From NCBI GenBank assembly GCA_964012805.1, contig CAXGUD010000001.1, forward strand, positions 192,001 to 256,000: DNA of 64,000 bases. Reading direction: 5' to 3'. Made by a program: the position numbers and the translations under genes. Positions 57,001 to 64,000 of this stretch are shown piece after piece. This DNA is from an uncultured Bacteriovoracaceae bacterium. GTDB taxonomy: Bacteria > Bdellovibrionota > Bacteriovoracia > Bacteriovoracales > Bacteriovoracaceae. The notes beneath the pieces are model-generated. The model was not told the origin of the DNA and ran no database searches. It worked only from the letters and a program-made list of their open reading frames with translations. The stretch's first letter is position 1. Each line of letters starts with the position of its first letter.

Positions 57001-57744
57001 TCAGGAGGTGCAGGACCTTAATGGAACAAGAGTTAAAATATGGTCTTCAATAGACGTACAAAAATAACCTTCAAAAAGGTCTCCCTCCTTAAACACCCCG
57101 CCAAGCCCCCTTTTTAACCTAAGAGTAAAGCTTCTTGTATCGAGGTTTAATTTCACCATCTCAGCATCATAGAAGTAGAAAAAAGTTTTTGCTAAAGGGT
57201 ACAAGCATTTAAAAAGGGATTCTTTTGCTGAAAAAACAAGTCCAATAAGATCAGTTTCTTCAAAGCCTTTTGGCAATTCTTTATAGAGTAGGTTATCTGC
57301 CCCCGTAAATACCTTATTCTTTATTTTATTTAAAGAATTTGATCTATTAAGGCATTCTAAATCCAATCCCAAACTAAGAAAATCTTCAACTTTACCGGTA
57401 CAAGCCATGACCCCTATAGGGCTATGAGTGATAGACCCAACAGCTCCTTTTGGCCAAGAAGGCGACCTATCATCATTCATACCAATTCCTGTTTCTTTAA
57501 AAATTGGCCGCCTTTCTTCTGGACCGTTCATTTTATCTAAGGCCTCTTTTGCACATATTCGGCCTATAACAAACTCGATCTTCCTTTGCTCAGAAAAGTT
57601 AGAAAAGCGCTTAGGTTGGAATTTCAAAGGAACAGACTTCAAATAGCTTGATACCAGATGCCCACTTTTTCCAAAATCGCTTTTTAATTCAAAAGAAGAG
57701 AAGGCCAAAGATTTTAAATCAAATAAGTCAGAGAATAATTCCAT
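57001..57744 (-). CDS. 4'-phosphopantetheinyl transferase (EntD-type)
   Basis: RKIEFVIGRICA, PSWPKGAVGSITHS, LGLDLE, FSAKESLFKC. Confidence 0.92.
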   Translation of the reverse strand: MELFSDLFDLKSLAFSSFELKSDFGKSGHLVSSYLKSVPLKFQPKRFSNFSEQRKIEFVIGRICAKEALDKMNGPEERRPIFKETGIGMNDDRSPSWPKGAVGSITHSPIGVMACTGKVEDFLSLGLDLECLNRSNSLNKIKNKVFTGADNLLYKELPKGFEETDLIGLVFSAKESLFKCLYPLAKTFFYFYDAEMVKLNLDTRSFTLRLKRGLGGVFKEGDLFEGYFCTSIEDHILTLVPLRSCTS

Positions 57745-57946
57745 TTCCTGACAATATTCTAAACGTCAAAAACCGTCTAGCCTTTCATATATAGGAAAGT
57801 AATTTTCCCTTTAAGCTATATCGTTTCAAACGCCCCAAATGCCTCACAGAACAATATTTGCAAAAAGAACGAAGGTCATAAAATAAAATTTATTGATACC
57901 CAAAATAAGAATTTATTTATGATTATTAAAATCCGATGAAGTTCTC

Positions 57947-58828
57947 ATGAGAAAATGTATTGATGTTCAAAACCTTTCTTTTAGTTATCTTTCACAAAAA
58001 ATTCTACACGATTGCTCTTTGACCTTAGATAAAGGGAGGTTTTGTGCTTTTATTGGTGAAAATGGTGCTGGAAAATCGACCTTCTTAAAAAATATCGCAG
58101 GACTTGAAATCCCGGATCAAGGAAATATTCAATTTCTAGAAGAAAAACTATCAAACGACTCAATCACTCAAAAGTCAAAGCTGATTTTTATAACTGAAAA
58201 TCTATCATTCTCTTCACCTCTCACTATAAAAAAGTTTATTAAGAGTTTTAAAAAGCTCTACCCATCTTGGAATCAGGAAATGTTTGATTCCATCATAAAA
58301 CAAAGAAGTATTGATCTTGAAAAACGCTTTAACGATTACTCTAGAGGCCAAAAAATGCAAATACTTTTGGCAAGTTATCTTTCAACAGGACCTAAACTTA
58401 TTTTAATCGATGAAGTAACAAGCGTCCTTGATATTCACGCACAAAAAGACTTTATGAAGATTTTTAACAATCTCGTAAAGGAAGGAAGTACAGTTATTTT
58501 AGCAACAAATATTCTATCAGAAGTCGCTCCCTATGCAACCGACCTCTGCTTTATAGATAGCGGTCAGATTAAGTTCAATGTTCCAGTCAGCGAACTTAAA
58601 ACAAAATACGTTACTTTAAAAGCTGACCGAAAAATTGATCTCGACAAAGCAAAGGGAATTGAGCTTATTGAGGAGCGAGAAGACAAATTTTATTATATTG
58701 CACTTAAAAAAGACCTTTCTTCTTCCCTCCAAAATGCTTCCTCTATTGAAACTTATCCTCCATCATTTGAAGATTTGTTCCTTTTCTTTTCAAAAAAAGA
58801 AACAAAATCTGGAGGGCTCCATGCTTGA
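57947..58828 (+). CDS. ABC exporter ATP-binding protein
   Basis: GENGAGKST, YSRGQK signature, LIDEVT; H-loop reads ATN. Confidence 0.88.
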   Translation: MRKCIDVQNLSFSYLSQKILHDCSLTLDKGRFCAFIGENGAGKSTFLKNIAGLEIPDQGNIQFLEEKLSNDSITQKSKLIFITENLSFSSPLTIKKFIKSFKKLYPSWNQEMFDSIIKQRSIDLEKRFNDYSRGQKMQILLASYLSTGPKLILIDEVTSVLDIHAQKDFMKIFNNLVKEGSTVILATNILSEVAPYATDLCFIDSGQIKFNVPVSELKTKYVTLKADRKIDLDKAKGIELIEEREDKFYYIALKKDLSSSLQNASSIETYPPSFEDLFLFFSKKETKSGGLHA

Positions 58829-60158
58829 ACTCCTAAAAATTTATTCTAGAAAATACTTCAAAGATGCTCTTTACGTTAACATCTGTGCTTGGTTTCTCGT
58901 ATTTTTAACGGCTTACGTAAATCCCAAGATTGACAAGAATGAAGTCTCCCTCACTTATTTTTTTTCACTCAATATAATTTTGTTTCTTTTTAGCTACCCT
59001 CTTGAGGAGTGCCTTAAGTGGGTTCTCGTTAGCCCTTTTAAAAAATTAGAAATTTTCTTTTTTAACATCATTTTTCAATTTTTTAAGTTAAGTTTAGGTG
59101 GGATCTATTTCTCTTTAAACCTCTTCTTTTTTGGATTACCCCTATCTGTTGAAAAAAAGAAGGCGACTTTTCAAGAGGATTACTTTTTTAATCAAGCTGT
59201 GGATCAAATAATGGACAGCCGGTTCTTTTTTGGGATTGTCCTTTTTATAATCTTTGTTATTGTTACCTTATTTTCACCTTCACCAAAACTGATTCTGGCC
59301 CAGCCTGGTTTTTTAAAATTAAAGTGGAAGGACTTTATTTTTTACTTAAAAAAGTACCGCTATTTCGTCTTTATTTTTATTTTTGCTTTGCCTGGAATAA
59401 AAATGTTAAAAAATTATTGGAATTCTCCAATAATTATTTACACACTTGGCTTTACATATTTAACTTTTAATTTCTTTCACTCATATTTTAAAAAGCTTAA
59501 ATTTTCGTTTATTAAAAAAAAGAAATATTACTTTTCTATCATTTTTATTTTTATTGTCCTATTCACATCTTTAAAAATATACTCCAATAATAGAATAGAA
59601 AAAGGCTTTATAAATGGTGAGAATTTAGCTTCTGAAGTTTTATTTCAAAGAAGTTTTTATAGAGGTGACTCTCTTTCACTTCTAAATGAAACACTAGAAG
59701 GTGACATCAAATTTAGTACATTTAAAAAGTTTAAAAATTATCTTATAGAAACTTCTCAAACAACCTCTTTCAAAGTAGAAGAAAAAATAAAAAAAATTTC
59801 ACTATTAGATTTTTTAAATAAAAAAGAAGACCCTCTTTGGGCACTTTACCTGGCAAAAAAATATCAGAAAAATAAAAGCGACAATCAATATTATGAAACA
59901 CTTAAGGAGTATTTCTTTAAAAATGTTTCAGCCCACCCCCTTCAATTAAGGTTAACAAAAAAGTTCGCAAAACTTACTTTAAACAAAGTAAACTCAACTA
60001 AAGAACTTGAAGAGCATTTAAAGTCTGGAAATAAAATAGAGGTCATCTATACTTTTCATATTTTGCGTTTAAAGAAAGATAAAAGTTTTAAAATATTCCT
60101 TAAGAAAAATATGCATTATTTTGAAAACTTTATCCGAGTTAAAAGCTCTATCCTCTAA
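58821..60158 (+). CDS. Membrane protein, probable ABC permease partner
   Basis: Start 58821 (GGAGG RBS) overlapping the ATPase stop; ~7 TM plus soluble C-terminus. Confidence 0.6.
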   Translation: MLELLKIYSRKYFKDALYVNICAWFLVFLTAYVNPKIDKNEVSLTYFFSLNIILFLFSYPLEECLKWVLVSPFKKLEIFFFNIIFQFFKLSLGGIYFSLNLFFFGLPLSVEKKKATFQEDYFFNQAVDQIMDSRFFFGIVLFIIFVIVTLFSPSPKLILAQPGFLKLKWKDFIFYLKKYRYFVFIFIFALPGIKMLKNYWNSPIIIYTLGFTYLTFNFFHSYFKKLKFSFIKKKKYYFSIIFIFIVLFTSLKIYSNNRIEKGFINGENLASEVLFQRSFYRGDSLSLLNETLEGDIKFSTFKKFKNYLIETSQTTSFKVEEKIKKISLLDFLNKKEDPLWALYLAKKYQKNKSDNQYYETLKEYFFKNVSAHPLQLRLTKKFAKLTLNKVNSTKELEEHLKSGNKIEVIYTFHILRLKKDKSFKIFLKKNMHYFENFIRVKSSIL

Positions 60159-60237
60159 AATTATTAGCCATAATAGATTAAATATTTATAATGGGATGTG
60201 GATAATTATATTAATCATCAAAACTCAGGCGTGACCC

Positions 60238-60489
60238 ATGACCCTTCTTGACCGAAAAGAACTTGTCTATAGACATATAAAGGAAACCGGACAGGATATT
60301 GATAAGGAAGATATTGTGGAAACATCACCTTTATCTTGGTTTTATAATGGCAAGACGTACATTCTTGTCCCCATGGTTCCCAAAGCTGAAGAAGAAAAGA
60401 TGGACCCCAGAGACTGCCTAATTTCTGAAGTTGCTGGAAAGGCTCAGGTTAAAAAAGGGAAATCCGGAATTATCATACAGCGTTTATAG
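60238..60489 (+). CDS. Hypothetical protein
   Basis: 83 aa ORF in intergenic space. Confidence 0.5.
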   Translation: MTLLDRKELVYRHIKETGQDIDKEDIVETSPLSWFYNGKTYILVPMVPKAEEEKMDPRDCLISEVAGKAQVKKGKSGIIIQRL

Positions 60490-60511
60490 TTTAGAGAAAA
60501 AAAGCCCCTAA

Positions 60512-60835
60512 CTAAGACTGACACACTGAACAAAATGGTGACTCTGGCTTGGCCATGAGTCTTTTCTCAGAAATTTCCTCTTCGCACTTTAAACAAACCC
60601 CGTAGCTATCATCTTTAAATCTTCCTAAAGCTGCGTCGATTTGTTTTAAGGTTAATAGAGCACGGTTCTTAGACTCCAAAGACATCTGTTGTTGTTGAAT
60701 AGCATCCATCCTGGATAGCCTTCCTATAGGATCGTTTAAATCGACTGGCTTTGAAGACTCTTTGAGACGCTCAAGAAAAGCCTCTGTCTCGCGTCTTTTT
60801 TTTATCAATAAACCTTCGTACTTTTTAATGTCCAA
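60512..60835 (-). CDS. TraR/DksA C4-type zinc-finger protein
   Basis: IGRLSRMDA coiled-coil tip; YGVCLKCEEEI..RL..KPE..FCSVC. Confidence 0.88.
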   Translation of the reverse strand: MDIKKYEGLLIKKRRETEAFLERLKESSKPVDLNDPIGRLSRMDAIQQQQMSLESKNRALLTLKQIDAALGRFKDDSYGVCLKCEEEISEKRLMAKPESPFCSVCQS

Positions 60836-61697
60836 AAGGTACTCCCCGACTTTCTGACAACATTTTATTTTTCAAATAAAAACGGTCAACAATCCATTTT
60901 TGAATATCCTTTTCTTCTTCACCCAATCTGTCCAAAGGAAACCTTTCAACATGAAGCTTCACTCGCTTCACTTTTCCCCTAAAAAGGTCCAAGAAAGAAG
61001 GTGCGGCACCCTCGTAAAAAATCGTGACATCATAAACAGCTTGGCAATGGCCTTTTAAACCTTGAACTGATGCTGAGAAACCCTTGACTCGAGGTAGGAG
61101 GACATGTTGGAGAGGCGGAAGCTTTTTCTTTTCCGTTATTTTTTTGGTTTTCTTTAATTTATCCTCTCGGAACCTTGTTCCCTCCGGGAACAACATCAAC
61201 CATATTGGAATATCATGATCGAAGAACTTTTTAAAAGTGGCCTCAATTTTTTTTTGATCTTTTTGCCAATTTCGCTTGACGAACAGACAATCTAAAAAGG
61301 ACATCCCCCACCCTATGGCAGGAAGATACTTAAGGCCATCTTTTACAAACCACTTCATATTTCCTATCCTCTTTGCCTCTTTCGCCAACTTAAACAAAAT
61401 TGGAATATCACCCCAGCCTTGATGATTAGAAATTAAAATAACATTTTCCTCTTTAGGCAGGTCATCACCTGTCTGAATTATTTCAACCCCTCCAGCATTT
61501 CTCACAAACCACTCGCATCCCCCCCACCAGAAACCGGCCAAAGCGGTGTTGAGCTGTCTGAACAATTTTTGTGAAAAAGGGTAAAGAAATAAAAAGGCTA
61601 AAACCTGAAGACCATTAATTAGAAGAAGAGGGGTAAAAATAGCAAAAAATATGATAATGGCCTTAAAAAAACTCATAATATCCTTTATCCAATTCAT
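60825..61697 (-). CDS. Lysophospholipid/1-acylglycerol-3-phosphate acyltransferase (YihG-like)
   Basis: SNHQGWGD (HX4D), FVKR, FPEGTRF, LLPRVKGF, YDVTI. Confidence 0.9.
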   Translation of the reverse strand: MNWIKDIMSFFKAIIIFFAIFTPLLLINGLQVLAFLFLYPFSQKLFRQLNTALAGFWWGGCEWFVRNAGGVEIIQTGDDLPKEENVILISNHQGWGDIPILFKLAKEAKRIGNMKWFVKDGLKYLPAIGWGMSFLDCLFVKRNWQKDQKKIEATFKKFFDHDIPIWLMLFPEGTRFREDKLKKTKKITEKKKLPPLQHVLLPRVKGFSASVQGLKGHCQAVYDVTIFYEGAAPSFLDLFRGKVKRVKLHVERFPLDRLGEEEKDIQKWIVDRFYLKNKMLSESRGVPFGH

Positions 61698-61787
61698 TCT
61701 CTTCCTCCTTACAAAAATCCCAAGCCATTAATTTAATTTTTTTTAAATTTATATAAAAACAAAAAATTTTAAACCTTTATATATGAC

Positions 61788-63638
61788 TTATTGAAGACTT
61801 ACCGACTCTGAAAGAAAGTCGACAAATAGTTTGCCATAACGCCTTAATTTAAAATTCCCTACCCCATGAAGGTTTCTCAGATCCTTCATAGTTTGAGGTC
61901 TCTTATCTGCCATTTCCATTAATGTTCTATCAATGAAAATGTGGTAGGGAGCGACCCCTCTTTCCCTAGAAAGTTTTAGGCGGAAGGCCCTTAGATCATC
62001 AAAGAGCTTTTTCTGAAAATCATCTTTAAAATCGACCTTTTTCTTATGGGGATCACCATCTATGAATTCTGACCTCTTCTGATCATTTTTGGAATGGCAC
62101 TTATTTTTTAAAAATACTTTTTGACCTTCTTTAAGAATTTGAGCACTTTTAGGTGAAAGTGAAAGTGCACCAAAACCTTCACTATCAACCCTTAAATAAT
62201 TTTCAGCTATCAATTTTCGGAAAAGGGTCTTCCAGAGAAAAGGACTATTCATTTTTCCTATTCCAAAAACTGATAAGTTCTCATGATTGAACTGCCTTAT
62301 TTTTTCGTTATTCTCACCTCTTAGCAGAGAAACAAGGTGATGCACACCAAAAGACTCTCCTGTACGAAAAACAGCACTCAGGGCCATCTTTGACCAGAGG
62401 GTCGCATCCACTGACTCTTGAGTTGTCCAGCAATTATCACAATTTTTACAAGGTCCTTTATAAGGCTCATCAAAGTACTCTAAAAGACTTTGTCTTCTGC
62501 ACTGGATACTCTCACAGTAAGAAATAAGCTGATCACACTTTTTTTTCTCAACCAATTTTCTCTCATTATCAGCTTCAGAGTTCTCCATTAACTTCTTAAG
62601 GTAAACGACACTATCCAGGCCATAAGTCATCCAGGCCTTCGATGGAAGACCATCCCTGCCCGCCCTACCTGTCTCCTGGTAGTAAGCCTCTAAGCTTTTT
62701 GGTAAATCCATATGAGCGACGAACCGGACGTTTGGTTTATCAATTCCCATTCCAAAAGCAACTGTGGCCACCATTATAATTTCTTCTTCTTTTATAAATG
62801 TATTTTGGTTTCTTTCTCTTAACTTTTCATCTAATCCAGCGTGGTAGGGAAGTGCCTTTAGACCTTTCTCTGTTAACCATAAGGCCAAGTCTTCCACTTT
62901 TTTCCGGGACATACAATAGACAATCCCCGACTCCCCCTTATTTTCTTTTAAAAAGGCAAGGAGCTGCTCCTTAGGCCTCTTTTTTTCAATGATTTCGTAA
63001 CTGATATTAGGCCTGTCAAAGCTAGATAAAAATAGATTCTCTTCAGGTATTTTTAATTTCTCTAAGATTTCCACCCGCGTTTGTTTATCGGCAGTTGCCG
63101 TCAGAGCAATCAAAGGGACCTGAGGAAAATACTTCTTAAGAAACCCTAATTGAAGATAGGAAGGTCTAAAGTCATGGCCCCATTCTGAAATACAGTGAGC
63201 CTCATCAATTGCAAATAAAGCAATATTAAGAGTTTTTAAAAAGGAGAAAAAGGGTTTATTTGCCAGTTTTTCAGGAGCCAAATAAAGGAGGTCCAAACGA
63301 CCTTCCCTCAAAAGCTTCTGAACCTCTAGAACTTCATTAAAAGATAACGAGGAATTGAGTGCCCTTGCTCGGACCCCCATTTCATTGAGGTTATCTACCT
63401 GGTCTTTCATAAGGGCTATGAGAGGGGAAATAATGACTCCAACCCCATCCCTCATAAGAGCAGGAATTTGATAACAGAGGCTTTTTCCAGCACTTGTAGG
63501 CATTAAAACGAGGCAATCTTTACCACTGCACAAATGAAGAACAATTTTCTCCTGCTGACCACGAAAGGTCTTATGCCCAAAGATGGAATTAAGTAAATGA
63601 AGATGGTTAACTTGGCTCATAAGATGGAAAAATACCAC
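61788..63638 (-). CDS. recQ: ATP-dependent DNA helicase RecQ
   Basis: [45 protein letters not shown], Zn-binding Cys cluster, RQC and HRDC domains. Confidence 0.96.
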   Translation of the reverse strand: MVFFHLMSQVNHLHLLNSIFGHKTFRGQQEKIVLHLCSGKDCLVLMPTSAGKSLCYQIPALMRDGVGVIISPLIALMKDQVDNLNEMGVRARALNSSLSFNEVLEVQKLLREGRLDLLYLAPEKLANKPFFSFLKTLNIALFAIDEAHCISEWGHDFRPSYLQLGFLKKYFPQVPLIALTATADKQTRVEILEKLKIPEENLFLSSFDRPNISYEIIEKKRPKEQLLAFLKENKGESGIVYCMSRKKVEDLALWLTEKGLKALPYHAGLDEKLRERNQNTFIKEEEIIMVATVAFGMGIDKPNVRFVAHMDLPKSLEAYYQETGRAGRDGLPSKAWMTYGLDSVVYLKKLMENSEADNERKLVEKKKCDQLISYCESIQCRRQSLLEYFDEPYKGPCKNCDNCWTTQESVDATLWSKMALSAVFRTGESFGVHHLVSLLRGENNEKIRQFNHENLSVFGIGKMNSPFLWKTLFRKLIAENYLRVDSEGFGALSLSPKSAQILKEGQKVFLKNKCHSKNDQKRSEFIDGDPHKKKVDFKDDFQKKLFDDLRAFRLKLSRERGVAPYHIFIDRTLMEMADKRPQTMKDLRNLHGVGNFKLRRYGKLFVDFLSESVSLQ

Positions 63639-64000
63639 CTCACCTCTTCATTGGCCAAAAAACCTATTTTGAAAAAAGAAGGGTCAAGTCATTAGACCAA
63701 GATCCCAAATCACCAAAGGCGAGGTTGAAAAATATAGTCAAAGCAATCAATAAAATAAGGTTCTTCAAAATCATTAACCTATAGATAAGTTTTTTAAGGA
63801 AAATGATTTAAACAATGAGAAGCACTCTTTCAAGGGAAAAAGGTAAAAATGCAACAACTTTCAACATAAAATTTAGCTGAAAAATAAGTTACTTCCGACA
63901 CCATAAAAGAAAGTTGTTAAAGATTTCAATGACTTAAGGGCTATTTGCCTTTATCATCACTGATCAATGGAGATAGAAGGAGCTTTATTAAGAAAATCGC

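Noticed and set aside
459..57646. Many short overlapping ORFs in the track (e.g. 4673..4981, 8469..8795, 18108..18548, 35308..35712, 56143..56568)
   Set aside because: They lie antisense or out of frame within well-supported genes, with no motifs or RBS.
63639..64000. Possible gene start or ncRNA at the right edge
   Set aside because: Too little sequence: ATG 63967 and an SD-ATT alternative are both possible, and no structured RNA was recognised.

Overview
This AT-rich, gene-dense bacterial chromosome segment carries about 65 CDS. I could support no rRNA, tRNA, CRISPR array, integrase or transposase. The gene content suggests, by inference, a predatory Bdellovibrionota (Bacteriovorax/Halobacteriovorax-like) genome: many orphan CheX, cNMP, PilZ and receiver proteins, many secreted hypotheticals, and frequent TTG/GTG starts. 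Recognisable housekeeping genes are rapA, ligA, a DEAD-box helicase, typA, recQ, deoC, djlA, lemA with two TPM genes, a polar amino-acid ABC operon and an osmoprotectant ABC pair. The best candidate for an undescribed system is a divergent MMPL/RND + MlaC-like shuttle + TolC locus (15.2-19.6 kb). It lacks a periplasmic adaptor, has altered proton-relay residues, and lies near a TetR/START pair. Other items worth checking are a secreted eukaryote-type GDA1/CD39 NTPDase, a RoxA-like di-heme cytochrome, tandem Ig-repeat secreted paralogs, a histone-H1-like protein, a recurring sigma-28-like promoter motif, an apparent ATT start codon, and a CheX-like ORF at the left edge missed by the ORF track. 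All family calls are motif recognition by eye; no searches were run.
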